Source of the DNA: Candidatus Oxydemutatoraceae bacterium
Lineage (GTDB): Bacteria; Pseudomonadota; Gammaproteobacteria; Poriferisulfidales; Oxydemutatoraceae
Assembly: GCA_965220085.1 (NCBI GenBank)
Contig: CBDCOZ010000003.1
Coordinates: 1,440,001-1,504,000, forward strand
Direction: 5' to 3'
DNA: 64,000 bases
Positions 48,072 to 57,849 of this stretch are shown one piece after another. The translations under genes were made by a program, and so were the position numbers. A model generated the notes under the pieces. That model had not been told where the DNA came from. It made no database searches and saw nothing but the letters and a program-made list of their open reading frames with translations. How positions within the stretch are numbered: position 1 is the first letter of the stretch; every line of letters begins with the position of its first letter.

Positions 48072-48077
48072 TGGGAA

Positions 48078-48107
48078 ATTATACCGCCATATATCTGATA
48101 CATGCAA
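48078..48107 (-). promoter_or_regulatory. Sigma70-like promoter of the giant gene
   Basis: Minus strand reads TTGCAT-N18-TATAAT, with the -10 box ending 7 nt before the in-frame ATG at 48071. Confidence 0.55.
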
Positions 48108-48405
48108 GATACGAAGCGGTTCAAGCGCGGATACCCACGGTGCCGGCGGTTTGTCGGGCGCAGATCTGCCGCCCGAAACCGCTATCCGGCGGCAAATTCC
48201 TTTTAGAAGTGTCTGCGCAGATAGCGGCATTTAGGGATGCGCAGATTGCATTTGCGCGATGTTTAAAGATTTTTCAGCGCATATGGCCGCAGCCGTTGCG
48301 ATTCGTCGCCTCGCTTTTTGACCCGGCGCCCCTCGCGCCTGCGGCAATCCGGCGGAGACGGGCGGCGCCACAGACAAACGCAAGAGAGCATGGGTTGAGA
48401 AACGA

Positions 48406-48885
48406 TCAGATGTAAGCCACTTTGACGATGGCGTACAGTTTTTTTTCGCCGCCCGGCGTTTGCACCGTCACTTCGTCGTCTTCCAGTTTGCCAATCAATG
48501 CTCTGGCAATCGGCGATGTGATGGAAACGCGCCCGGCTTCGATGTCGGCCTCGGGCTCGCCGACAAGTTGCCAGACATATTCCGCATCTTCCTCTTCGTC
48601 GCGCAAAGTAACGGTCGCGCCGAAGACAATTTTATCCCCGGCGCGCATTTTTGAAACGTCAATAATTTCGGATTCGGAAAGGCAGCCTTCGATATCTTTG
48701 ATGCGTCCCTCAATAAAACTTTGTTGCTCGCGCGCCGCATGGTATTCGGCGTTCTCTTTCAAGTCGCCGTGCGCGCGCGCGACCGCAATCGCCTCGATCA
48801 CCGCCGGACGATCGCGTTCCTTGAGAGTCCGCATCTCCTCCCATAGCCTCTCGGCGCCTTGTTTTGTTAACGGTGGTTTTCGCAT
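48406..48885 (-). CDS. greA: Transcription elongation factor GreA
   Basis: Motifs [27 protein letters not shown] and [13 protein letters not shown]; follows carB. Start trimmed to MRKPPLT. Confidence 0.97.
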   Translation of the reverse strand: MRKPPLTKQGAERLWEEMRTLKERDRPAVIEAIAVARAHGDLKENAEYHAAREQQSFIEGRIKDIEGCLSESEIIDVSKMRAGDKIVFGATVTLRDEEEDAEYVWQLVGEPEADIEAGRVSITSPIARALIGKLEDDEVTVQTPGGEKKLYAIVKVAYI

Positions 48886-48914
48886 GTTTATTTTCGCATG
48901 TGTAATCGCGGATT

Positions 48915-51900
48915 CTAGCAGATATCCCCTTTTTGCAAATCTTGCAGGCGGTAAACGCCATGCTCCGATACGCGCAACGCTTCGGCAATCGCGAGCGCGC
49001 CGGCTATGGTCGTGGCGTAACACACTTTGTGGCGCACCGCCGCGCGGCGAATAGCCAGCGAGTCCGACACCGCGCGCTTGCCCGTTGTCGTATTGACGAT
49101 AAGCCGAATTTCATCCGCGTCAATCAGGTCTTTAATGTTCGGGCGGCGGTCGGCATTGATTTTGTGCGCCGTCTCGCACGGCATGCCGGCGGCGCGCAGA
49201 TGCGCGGCGGTGCCGGCGGTCGCGACTATCGCAAATCCGGCGGCGACGAAACGGTTTGCCGCTTCAAGCGCGGCGTCTTTGTCGGCATCGCGCACGCTGA
49301 TCAAGACCTTCCCGGCATGCGGCAATTCGTTGCCCGCCGCAATTTGCGACTTCGCATAGGCCTCGCCAAAACTGCGACCGACCCCCATCACTTCGCCGGT
49401 CGAACGCATCTCGGGACCCAGCATCGGGTCGGCATCGGAAAATTTAACGAACGGAAACACCGCTTCCTTGACCGCCGAATGGGTCATCTCCGACGCGGTC
49501 GCGGTATCGATGCCCTGTTGCGCAAGACTGCGCCCGACGATACAACGCGCCGCAATTTTTGCCAGTTGCAAACCGGTCGCCTTTGACACAAACGGCACCG
49601 TGCGCGAAGCGCGGGGGTTCGCCTCGATGACATAAATCTCCTCGTCCTTGATCGCAAACTGCGCGTTCATCGCGCCGCGGACATCCAACGCCAGCGCCAG
49701 TCGCGTCATCTGTTCTCGGATGCGTCGCGTTATGTCCTCCGGCAGAGAATATGGCGGCAAGGAACACGCCGAATCGCCGGAGTGAATGCCGGCCTGTTCG
49801 ATGTGCTGCATGACCCCGCCGATCAAAACTTCTTTGCCGTCGCACACCGCATCCACATCCGCTTCAATCGCATCGCTTATAAAGCGGTCTATCAAAAGAG
49901 GAAATTCGTCGGACACTGCCAGGGCCTGCGCAATGTAGTCGCGCAAATCGCTAAGGTTATAAATTATTTCCATGCCGCGACCGCCCAGCACATACGACGG
50001 CCGCGCGATAACCGGAAAACCCAGTTCTTCGGCCAGCGCGATCGCTTCGTCCGCCGAACGGGCGATGCCGCAGGGCGGTTGCTTCAGCTTCAACTCACGG
50101 ATGAGACGTTGGAAACGTTCGCGATCTTCGGCCAGATCGATGGATTCCGGGCCGGTGCCGAGAATCGGCACGCCGGCGGCGGCCAGCTTGCGGGCCAGAT
50201 TCAAAGGCGTCTGCCCGCCGTATTGCACCAGCGCTCCGCAGGGTTTCTCCAGCGCGATGATCTCCATGACATGCTCAAAGCTCAAAGGCTCAAAGTAGAG
50301 GCGGTCGGACGTATCGTAGTCGGTGGACACAGTTTCCGGATTGCAATTCACCATGATCGTTTCAAACCCTTCTTCGCGCAATGCCAATGCGGTATGCACG
50401 CAGCAGTAATCAAACTCAATGCCCTGCCCGATGCGGTTCGGGCCGCTGCCGAGGATGACAACCTTGCGCTTTGACGACGGGTCGGATTCGCACTCGTCTT
50501 CGTAGGTCGAATACAGATAGGCGGTGGCGCTTGCAAACTCGGCGGCGCAGGTGTCCACCCTTTTGTAGACCGGATGCGCGCCCAACCGGCGCCGATGTTG
50601 ATACACCGCCTCCTCGCTGCAGTTAAGCAACAGTGACAATCGGCGGTCGCTAAAGCCGTCGCGCTTGAGGGCGCGCATGGCGGCGGCGTCAAGACTGCGC
50701 AAAGACCGCCCCATAATCTCCGCTTCCGTTTTGATGATCTCATCTATCTGGCTGAGAAACCAAGGATCTATCTTGGTATCGGCGCAGAGCTCCTCGACCG
50801 TGGCGCCGCTCCTGAAGGCATCGGCGACCCGCCACAAACGTCCGGAATCAACCCCCGCGCGCAACGCTTTGCGCAACTCCCCCGCCGTCTGGTTTGCGCT
50901 TGCCGGGTCCAGTCCGCTGTAACCGGTTTCAAGACTGCACAACGCTTTCTGCAAAGACTCTTTGAAGGTTCTGCCAATCGCCATCGCTTCGCCGACCGAC
51001 CGCATCTGGGTATCCAGCCGATCTTTTGAATGGGGAAACTTCTCAAACGCAAAGCGCGGTATCTTGACGACGACATAATCTATCGTCGGTTCAAACGATG
51101 ACGGCATTGCGCCGCCGGTGATTTCGTTGCGCAACTCATCGAGCGTATAACCGACCGCCAGCTTGGCGGCGATTTTGGCAATCGGAAAACCCGTGGCCTT
51201 GGACGCCAGCGCCGACGAGCGCGATACCCGCGGGTTCATTTCAATGATGACCACGCGCCCGTCTTGCGGATTCACCGCGAACTGCACATTGGAACCGCCG
51301 GTCTCGACCCCGACCCGCCGCAACACGGCGATAGAGGCGTCGCGCAAGCGCTGGTACTCCTTGTCGGTCAGCGTTTGCGCCGGCGCGACCGTGATGGAGT
51401 CGCCGGTATGCACGCCCATCGGGTCCAGATTCTCAATCGCGCAGACAATGAGACAGTTATCATTTTTGTCGCGCACGACTTCCATCTCAAACTCTTTCCA
51501 ACCGAGCAGCGATTCCTCCAGCAACACTTCGCCGACCGGAGAGATCTCCAAACCGTGCTTGACGATGGTCTCAAACTCGGCGGCGTCGCAAGCGATGCCG
51601 CCGCCGCTGCCGCCGAGCGTGAACGACGGGCGAATGATAATCGGATACTTGATTTCGGCGGCGGCCCGTCGCGCATCTTCCCAGTTGCCGACAACGACAG
51701 AACGCGCCGACTCCAGCCCGATCTCATCCATCGCCTCGCGGAATAATTGGCGGTCCTCGGCGAGGGCAATCGCTTGTTCGTTGGCTCCGATCATCTCTGT
51801 GCCGCAGCGCTTGAGTACGCCCTTTGCGCCGAGCTCCAGCGAGCAATTCAGCGCGGTCTGCCCGCCCATCGTCGGCAACAATGCATCGGGTTTCTCGCGC

Positions 51901-52136
51901 TCTATGATGCGCGCCACCGTATCGGCGGTAATCGGCTCAATGTATGTCGCATCGGCGCTGTCGGGGTCGGTCATGATCGTCGCCGGGTTGGAATTAACCA
52001 ATATCACGCGATACCCTTCTTCGCGCAACGCTTTGCAGGCTTGCATTCCGGAATAATCAAACTCGCAAGCCTGACCGATGACGATAGGTCCGGCGCCGAT
52101 GATCAGGATGCTGTTGATGTCATCGCGCTTTGGCAT
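48915..52136 (-). CDS. carB: Carbamoyl-phosphate synthase large subunit
   Basis: [30 protein letters not shown] start, two ATP-grasp halves ([19 protein letters not shown] and [19 protein letters not shown]), and a C-terminal MGS domain. Confidence 0.99.
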   Translation of the reverse strand: MPKRDDINSILIIGAGPIVIGQACEFDYSGMQACKALREEGYRVILVNSNPATIMTDPDSADATYIEPITADTVARIIEREKPDALLPTMGGQTALNCSLELGAKGVLKRCGTEMIGANEQAIALAEDRQLFREAMDEIGLESARSVVVGNWEDARRAAAEIKYPIIIRPSFTLGGSGGGIACDAAEFETIVKHGLEISPVGEVLLEESLLGWKEFEMEVVRDKNDNCLIVCAIENLDPMGVHTGDSITVAPAQTLTDKEYQRLRDASIAVLRRVGVETGGSNVQFAVNPQDGRVVIIEMNPRVSRSSALASKATGFPIAKIAAKLAVGYTLDELRNEITGGAMPSSFEPTIDYVVVKIPRFAFEKFPHSKDRLDTQMRSVGEAMAIGRTFKESLQKALCSLETGYSGLDPASANQTAGELRKALRAGVDSGRLWRVADAFRSGATVEELCADTKIDPWFLSQIDEIIKTEAEIMGRSLRSLDAAAMRALKRDGFSDRRLSLLLNCSEEAVYQHRRRLGAHPVYKRVDTCAAEFASATAYLYSTYEDECESDPSSKRKVVILGSGPNRIGQGIEFDYCCVHTALALREEGFETIMVNCNPETVSTDYDTSDRLYFEPLSFEHVMEIIALEKPCGALVQYGGQTPLNLARKLAAAGVPILGTGPESIDLAEDRERFQRLIRELKLKQPPCGIARSADEAIALAEELGFPVIARPSYVLGGRGMEIIYNLSDLRDYIAQALAVSDEFPLLIDRFISDAIEADVDAVCDGKEVLIGGVMQHIEQAGIHSGDSACSLPPYSLPEDITRRIREQMTRLALALDVRGAMNAQFAIKDEEIYVIEANPRASRTVPFVSKATGLQLAKIAARCIVGRSLAQQGIDTATASEMTHSAVKEAVFPFVKFSDADPMLGPEMRSTGEVMGVGRSFGEAYAKSQIAAGNELPHAGKVLISVRDADKDAALEAANRFVAAGFAIVATAGTAAHLRAAGMPCETAHKINADRRPNIKDLIDADEIRLIVNTTTGKRAVSDSLAIRRAAVRHKVCYATTIAGALAIAEALRVSEHGVYRLQDLQKGDIC

Positions 52137-53265
52137 GCATCCGATAACTTTCAATCATCTTTATAAAACGTTCAAACAACGGCGCGATATCGCGCGGGCC
52201 GGGACTCGCCTCGGGGTGCCCCTGAAAACCGAATGCCGGCTTTTGGCGGTGAGCGACACCTTGCAGAGTGCCGTCAAACAACGAGCGATGGGTCGGCTCC
52301 AGACAATCGGGCAGGCTCTTCTCATCCACGCAAAAGCCGTGATTCTGACTGGTTATCATGACCTTGCCCGACGCCAGCTCCAGCACCGGGTGGTTGGCGC
52401 CGTGATGGCCGAATTTCATCTTTTCGGTCGTCGCGCCGCAGGCGAGACTCAGCAACTGGTGACCGAGACAGATGCCAAACAAGGGTATTTCCGCGGCCAG
52501 CAATTCTTGAATAGCGGCGATTGCAAAATCACACGGTTGCGGATCGCCGGGGCCGTTGGAAAGAAACACCCCGTCGGGATTCGCCGCGATCACTTGGGCG
52601 GCCGGGGTGCGCGGCGGAACCACCTCTGCCGCGGCGCCCGCCTCTGTCAACATAGACAGAATCGTTTGCTTGATGCCGTAGTCATAAGCGACCACCTTGT
52701 AACGAGGCGACGGCGCACGAGCGTCATCCCGCGGCAAACGCCAGCGCGGCTTGTCCCAGCGATACGACTCCGCAACGCCGACCGCCGATGCCAAGTCCAT
52801 GCCTTTGAGGCCGGGAAATGCGCGCAACTTCTTTTCGGCATCGGCGCGGGAAAGCGCATCGCTGTCATAGATGATGCCGTTTTTAGCCCCGCGCATCCGC
52901 AGATGGCGGGTCAGTCGCCGCGTATCCGCTCCGCTTATCGCCGTGACGCCGCGCTCGGCAAGCCACGCTTCAAGCGGTCGCTCGTTGCGCCAACTGCTCG
53001 CCCGTCGCGGCACATCGCGCACGATCAAACCGGCGCAACGAACGGCGTCCGCTTCGCAATCAAATTGATTGGTTCCGGTATTGCCGATATGGGGATAGGT
53101 GAGGCATACGATCTGACCGGCATACGACGGGTCGGTTAATATCTCTTGGTAGCCCGTCATCGCCGTGTTGAAAACCACTTCGCCGACCGCGGCGCCGCGA
53201 TGCCCGATCAAACAACCTTCAAAAGCCGTGTTATCGTCCAGCAATAGTATCGCGCTTCTTTTCAT
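52120..53265 (-). CDS. carA: Carbamoyl-phosphate synthase small subunit
   Basis: Motifs [36 protein letters not shown] and [11 protein letters not shown]. Confidence 0.99.
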   Translation of the reverse strand: MKRSAILLLDDNTAFEGCLIGHRGAAVGEVVFNTAMTGYQEILTDPSYAGQIVCLTYPHIGNTGTNQFDCEADAVRCAGLIVRDVPRRASSWRNERPLEAWLAERGVTAISGADTRRLTRHLRMRGAKNGIIYDSDALSRADAEKKLRAFPGLKGMDLASAVGVAESYRWDKPRWRLPRDDARAPSPRYKVVAYDYGIKQTILSMLTEAGAAAEVVPPRTPAAQVIAANPDGVFLSNGPGDPQPCDFAIAAIQELLAAEIPLFGICLGHQLLSLACGATTEKMKFGHHGANHPVLELASGKVMITSQNHGFCVDEKSLPDCLEPTHRSLFDGTLQGVAHRQKPAFGFQGHPEASPGPRDIAPLFERFIKMIESYRMHAKAR

Positions 53266-53472
53266 CGCTTGTCAATTTGGGTCAGATTGCATCCTTAAAG
53301 GAAACGATGCTCCGCGGTCGGAACCCCGCCCAAGGCATCGCTCGCTTACTAGTTTAACGGATATGCGCTTGGGGTTAAAACCTTTTCTGCCGGCGCAAGC
53401 GGGCGCGGCGAACGCCGACCGCGCCATGCCGACGGTGTTATACTGGGCAAAAACCCCGTAAGCACGCAATCC

Positions 53473-54414
53473 ATGGCCACTCTGTTTGAAAATCCGGTTT
53501 ATTTTGTGGCGGCAAAGGCGTTGTCGACTTTGTGGCCGTTCATTCCGATACTGATTCTGATTCTGCTGTTTAAGACTTCCTGGTTCAAGGGTCTGTTCGG
53601 CGAATACACCATCAACCTGTCGTTGCGCTTGCGGCTGGGGCGGAAAGACTACCGACTGTTAAAAGATCTGACCCTGAGAACTCCCGATGGCACCACTCAA
53701 ATTGACCATCTGGTCGTATCGCGCTTCGGCGTGTTTGTCATCGAAACCAAGAACATGAAAGGTCGGATATTTGGCAACGAGAAACATGCGCGCTGGACGC
53801 AGAAGCTATACCGCCGCAGCTACCGCTTCCAGAACCCGCTGCGGCAGAACTACAAGCATGTAAAGACCGTGCAAGAGTTGCTGGAAATACCGCGGGACAC
53901 AATCCACAATGTGGTCGTATTCATCGGCGATGCGACGCTCAAAACCGACATGCCCGCCAATGTGGCATGCAGCGGTCACGGTCTGGCGCGCTATATAAAA
54001 TCCCACGCCCAAGAAGTGTTTGACAAAAGCGCGGCGGACGATATGGTCAAACGCCTGACCGACAGCCGCCTAAAACGCGGCATCAAAACCAACCGCGCCC
54101 ATAGAAAACACCTGCGAGAAGCCAAGGCCGGCAGACGCACAGGCATCTCAAAGAACCCGAGCGCAACCAATGCGCCCGACGACTCAAAAACCAACCGCGC
54201 CCATAGAAAACGCCCGAGAGAAGCCAAGGCCGGCAGACGCACAGGCATCTCAAAGAACCCGAGCGCAACCAATGCGCCCGACGACTCACAGCGATGCCCG
54301 GTATGCGGCTGCCGGATGGTGATAAGAACCAAAAGACGTTCCGGCGAACGCTTTCTGGGCTGTCCGCGCTTTCCAAAATGCCGCGGCATCAGAGCGTTGC
54401 CGCAAGAGGACTAG
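53473..54414 (+). CDS. NERD-domain (nuclease-related) protein with N-terminal membrane anchor and C-terminal topoisomerase-type C4 zinc ribbon
   Basis: Motifs KGLFGE, TTQIDHLVVSRFGVFVIETKNMKG, FQNPLRQNYKH and CPVCG...FLGCPRFPKCR. Confidence 0.92.
   Translation: MATLFENPVYFVAAKALSTLWPFIPILILILLFKTSWFKGLFGEYTINLSLRLRLGRKDYRLLKDLTLRTPDGTTQIDHLVVSRFGVFVIETKNMKGRIFGNEKHARWTQKLYRRSYRFQNPLRQNYKHVKTVQELLEIPRDTIHNVVVFIGDATLKTDMPANVACSGHGLARYIKSHAQEVFDKSAADDMVKRLTDSRLKRGIKTNRAHRKHLREAKAGRRTGISKNPSATNAPDDSKTNRAHRKRPREAKAGRRTGISKNPSATNAPDDSQRCPVCGCRMVIRTKRRSGERFLGCPRFPKCRGIRALPQED
54085..54288 (+). repeat. In-frame 102-bp tandem duplication (2 copies)
   Basis: KTNRAHRK(HL/RP)REAKAGRRTGISKNPSATNAPDDS occurs twice, with copies starting at 54085 and 54187. 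Confidence 0.95.
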
Positions 54415-54428
54415 GCGCGGGAAGATGG

Positions 54429-54504
54429 TGGTGGAGCCGAGGAGGATCGAACTCCTGACCTCCTGCATGCAAAGCAGGCGCTCTCCCGGCTGAGCTACGG
54501 CCCC
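54429..54504 (-). tRNA. tRNA-Ala (TGC)
   Basis: GGGGCCGTAGCTCAGCCGGGAGAGCGCCTGCTTTGCATGCAGGAGGTCAGGAGTTCGATCCTCCTCGGCTCCACCA; 76 nt, G3:U70 pair, encoded CCA. Confidence 0.97.
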
Positions 54505-54531
54505 ATGCCAATCGTTATCTTCCGCCGCCAT

Positions 54532-54608
<77 letters not shown>

Positions 54609-54691
54609 AAAGATTTCATAGCAATCCCAGAGACGGCAAAATCCGCCCGCTTGCGGGCGCTTCCGATACAATGATGGCTTGTTAAACTATA

Positions 54692-54720
54692 AATATATAA
54701 ACTTTTGCGCTTCTGCGCAA
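54692..54720 (-). promoter_or_regulatory. Candidate sigma70 promoter for the tRNA-Ile/Ala pair
   Basis: Minus strand reads TTGCGC-N17-TATATT in the AT-rich gap between the tRNAs and map. Confidence 0.4.
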
Positions 54721-54736
54721 GCAAAATATTACTGCG

Positions 54737-55537
54737 GTGGCGTTGATCAAGACAAACAAAGAAATCGAAAAAATGCGAGCGGCGGGGAAATCCGCGGCAA
54801 AAGTGCTGGAGATGGTGGGGGCGCACGTCAGGCCGGGCGTTGATACCGACTGCCTCAATGAGGTCTGCCACGACTTCATTGTCAACGAGCTCCGCTGCAT
54901 TCCGGCGCCGCTCAACTACCGCGGCTTCCCGAAATCCATCTGCACTTCGATCAACCATCAGGTGTGCCACGGCATCCCCGGCGCGCGCAAGCTCAAGTCG
55001 GGCGACATTCTCAACATCGATGTGACCGTCATTCAAGACGGCTATCACGGCGATACCAGCCGCATGTTTGTCGTCGGCAAGCCGAGCATCGGCGCCAAGC
55101 GGCTGGTTGAAAAAACGTACGAAGCCATGTGGCGCGGCATCGATGCCGTCAAACCCGGGGCGCGACTCGGCGACATCGGTCATGCGATCCAGCAGTTTGC
55201 CGAGAGCCACCGCTTTGGCATCGTGCGCGAATACTGCGGGCACGGCATCGGTCGCGAGTTCCACGAAGAGCCGCAAGTGATGCACTACGGCGCTCCCGGC
55301 GCCGGCCTGCGCCTGAAAGCCGGCATGACTTTTACGATAGAACCGATGCTCAACGCCGGCGGCAAGGAAGTGCGCCTGCTGCCGGACAACTGGACGGTGG
55401 TCACCAAAGATCACTCGCTGTCGGCGCAGTGGGAACACACGGTGCTGGTGACGGAATCGGGCCATGAGGTGCTGACTTTGCGCGATAGCGAGCGCGAAAC
55501 GGGCGGCGCCGCCGATACCGGCGCGCAAAGCCGGTGA
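54737..55537 (+). CDS. map: Type I methionine aminopeptidase
   Basis: Motifs FPKSICTSIN..VCHGIP, DILNIDVTV...GYHGDTSRMF, GHGIG..FHEEP, FTIEPM and SAQWEHT. GTG start. Confidence 0.98.
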   Translation: MALIKTNKEIEKMRAAGKSAAKVLEMVGAHVRPGVDTDCLNEVCHDFIVNELRCIPAPLNYRGFPKSICTSINHQVCHGIPGARKLKSGDILNIDVTVIQDGYHGDTSRMFVVGKPSIGAKRLVEKTYEAMWRGIDAVKPGARLGDIGHAIQQFAESHRFGIVREYCGHGIGREFHEEPQVMHYGAPGAGLRLKAGMTFTIEPMLNAGGKEVRLLPDNWTVVTKDHSLSAQWEHTVLVTESGHEVLTLRDSERETGGAADTGAQSR

Positions 55538-55576
55538 TTTTGGTATAAAGTACGCAATTTATATCCGCAAACAGAA

Positions 55577-56398
55577 ATGGAACCACAACAGATAATTGAA
55601 CAAGCGTTTGAGAACCGCGCCGAGTTAAGCCCCGCTTCCGCCGGCGCCGAATTACTTGAAGCGGTCGAGTATTGCCTCGCCGGCCTGAACGACGGCAGCC
55701 TGCGGGTCGCTTGCAAACAGGACGGCGAGTGGCACACCCGCCAGTGGCTGAAAAAAGCCGTGCTGCTCTCTTTCATACTGAGCGAGAACCGCACGACAGA
55801 CGCCGGCTATGCCAAGTTTCACGACAAAGTCCGGGTCAAGTACGCCGAGACCGACGCCGACGCGATGGCGGCGGCGGGCGTGCGCGTAGTGCCCGATGCC
55901 ATCGCCCGCTACGGGTCCTATCAAGCGCCCGGCGTCATCATGATGCCGTGCTTTATCAACATCGGCGCGTATGTCGGCAGCGCGACGATGGTAGACACCT
56001 GGGCGACGGTCGGGTCGTGCGCGCAGATAGGCAAGAATGCGCACCTCTCCGGCGGCGTCGGCATCGGCGGCGTGCTGGAACCGCTGCAGGCAAACCCGAC
56101 TGTGATTGAAGACAACTGCTTCATCGGCGCGCGCTCGGAGATCGTCGAAGGCGTCATCGTTGAGGAAGGTTCTGTCATCTCCATGGGGGTTTACATCGGG
56201 CAGAGCACCCGCATCTACGATCGCCGCAGCGGCGAAATCAGCTACGGACGCATTCCCGCGGGCTCGGTCGTCGTCTCCGGCAGCCTGCCGGCCAAAGACG
56301 GCAGCCACAGCCTGTATTGTGCGGTTATCGTCAAGCAGGTCGATGCCAAGACCCGCAGCAAAGTCGGCATCAACGAATTGCTGCGCGAAGCCGACTGA
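55577..56398 (+). CDS. dapD: Tetrahydrodipicolinate N-succinyltransferase
   Basis: Motifs [46 protein letters not shown] and [11 protein letters not shown]. Confidence 0.98.
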   Translation: MEPQQIIEQAFENRAELSPASAGAELLEAVEYCLAGLNDGSLRVACKQDGEWHTRQWLKKAVLLSFILSENRTTDAGYAKFHDKVRVKYAETDADAMAAAGVRVVPDAIARYGSYQAPGVIMMPCFINIGAYVGSATMVDTWATVGSCAQIGKNAHLSGGVGIGGVLEPLQANPTVIEDNCFIGARSEIVEGVIVEEGSVISMGVYIGQSTRIYDRRSGEISYGRIPAGSVVVSGSLPAKDGSHSLYCAVIVKQVDAKTRSKVGINELLREAD

Positions 56399-56421
56399 TT
56401 TTCTTGCGCCGACGAACGACC

Positions 56422-57564
56422 GTGAATACGGATGTGCGAAAGCCCGTCAAGCAATTAGCGTGTGAGTTGATGCGCCGCCGCTCGGTCACACCCGATGATG
56501 CCGGTTGTCAGCGGCTGATTGCCGAACGGCTGGCAAAACTCGGCTTTGTCGCGAGCGACTTCAATTGCGGGGACGTCACCAACACCTGGTTGCGGCGCGG
56601 CGATGACGCCCCGCTGTTTGCCTTTGCCTGTCATACCGATGTCGTGCCCGCAGGCGACGAAGCGCAGTGGCGCTCGCCGCCTTTTGAACCGGACGAACGC
56701 GACGGCAAACTCTACGGGCGCGGCGCCGCCGACATGAAAGGCCCTATCGCAGCGGCGATTATCGCGACCGAAGCGTTTGTCGGCGACTGCCCGCAGCACG
56801 GCGGCTCCGTCGGGATATTGCTGACCAGCAACGAGGAAGGCATATCGGCAAACGGCACGCGCTATGCGATGGAACAACTGCAAGCGCGGGGCGAGACGCC
56901 CAAGTGGTGCATCGTCAGCGAACCGAGCAGCAGCGAGACGCTCGGCGATACGATTCGCCACGGCCGGCGCGGCTCCCTCTCCGCCACACTCACCGTCAAA
57001 GGCGCGCAAGGACATGTCGCCTATGCGCATCTGGCCAAAAACCCCATCCACGCGCTCGCGCCGGCGCTGGACGCGCTGTGCAAAGAACACTGGGATGACG
57101 GCAACTCCGACTTCCCGCCGACGAGCTTTCAGGTATCCGACTTGCGCGCGGGCGTCGGCGCCGGCAATGTCATCCCGGCGACGGCGGAGGCGGCGTTCAA
57201 CTTTCGCTATTCGCCGGAACTGGACGAAGCGACGATACGCGAGCGGGTCGGCCGCCTGCTGGATGATGCCGGATTGGACTATGCCATCGACTGGGTCGCA
57301 TCGGCGCAGCCGTTCGTCAGCGCGGCGGGCGAACTGCGCGATACCGTCTGCGCGGTCATCAAAGAACTGACCGGCAACGAACCCGAACTCTCGACCGGCG
57401 GCGGCACCTCCGACGCGCGCTTCATCGCGCCGAGCGGCAGTCAGGTCATCGAACTCGGGCCGAGTAACAAAAGCATCCACGCAACCGACGAACACGTCGA
57501 TATCGAAGACCTCGGCCGGCTCGCGCACATGTATTACGCCATCCTCCGGCGCCTTTTGGCGTAG
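56422..57564 (+). CDS. dapE: Succinyl-diaminopimelate desuccinylase
   Basis: Motifs HTDVVP, GRGAADMKG, TSNEEG, GRRGSL, QGHVAY and STGGGTSDARFI. Start placed at the in-frame GTG after the dapD stop. Confidence 0.96.
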   Translation: MNTDVRKPVKQLACELMRRRSVTPDDAGCQRLIAERLAKLGFVASDFNCGDVTNTWLRRGDDAPLFAFACHTDVVPAGDEAQWRSPPFEPDERDGKLYGRGAADMKGPIAAAIIATEAFVGDCPQHGGSVGILLTSNEEGISANGTRYAMEQLQARGETPKWCIVSEPSSSETLGDTIRHGRRGSLSATLTVKGAQGHVAYAHLAKNPIHALAPALDALCKEHWDDGNSDFPPTSFQVSDLRAGVGAGNVIPATAEAAFNFRYSPELDEATIRERVGRLLDDAGLDYAIDWVASAQPFVSAAGELRDTVCAVIKELTGNEPELSTGGGTSDARFIAPSGSQVIELGPSNKSIHATDEHVDIEDLGRLAHMYYAILRRLLA

Positions 57565-57849
57565 CGCGGCTACGCCGGTTGGGGAGGAGAATACTGCCAG
57601 TCGTCGGCGTAGTCTCGGAGAAGACCTCGGCCGGCTCGCGCACATGTATTACGCCATCCTCCGGCGCCTTTTGACGTAGCGCGGCTACGCCGGTTGGGGA
57701 GGAGAATACTGCCAGTCGTCGGCGTAGTCTCGGAGAAGACCTCGGCCGGCTCGCGCACATGTATTACGCCATCCTCCGGCGCCTTTTGGCGTAGCGCGGC
57801 TACCCCGGCTGGGGAGGAGAATACTGCCAGTCGTCGGCGTAGTCTCGGA
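57505..57849. repeat. 115-bp tandem triplication spanning the convergent 3' ends of dapE and the exonuclease gene
   Basis: Units start at 57505, 57620 and 57735 (GAAGACCTCGGCCGG...GTAGTCTCGGA) and differ by a few substitutions. Each carries the hairpin GGCGTAGC-GCG-GCTACGCC or a variant. Confidence 0.95.

Noticed and set aside
48072-48230. ORF-track 5' extension of the giant protein (MPLSAQ...)
   Set aside because: It contains a good sigma70 promoter and would place the signal peptide about 90 residues from the N-terminus.
2788-48415. Many long plus-strand and alternate-frame ORFs (up to 644 aa) overlapping the giant gene
   Set aside because: These are Arg/Ala-rich shadow frames caused by GC-rich codon bias in the real gene. 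They show no recognisable motifs.
54429-54504. tRNA-Ala as the attachment site of an island covering the giant gene or R-M locus
   Set aside because: I found no duplicated tRNA 3' end and no integrase, and the core genes carAB-greA lie in between.
56820-56930. DapE motif variants (TSNEEG, CIVSEP) as a sign of inactivation
   Set aside because: The metal ligands and catalytic residues (HTD, DMK, EE, E, C-terminal H) are retained and the frame is intact.
57558-57576. Intrinsic terminator at the dapE stop
   Set aside because: The hairpin is strong, but it is not followed by a U-tract on either strand and it overlaps the stop codon itself.
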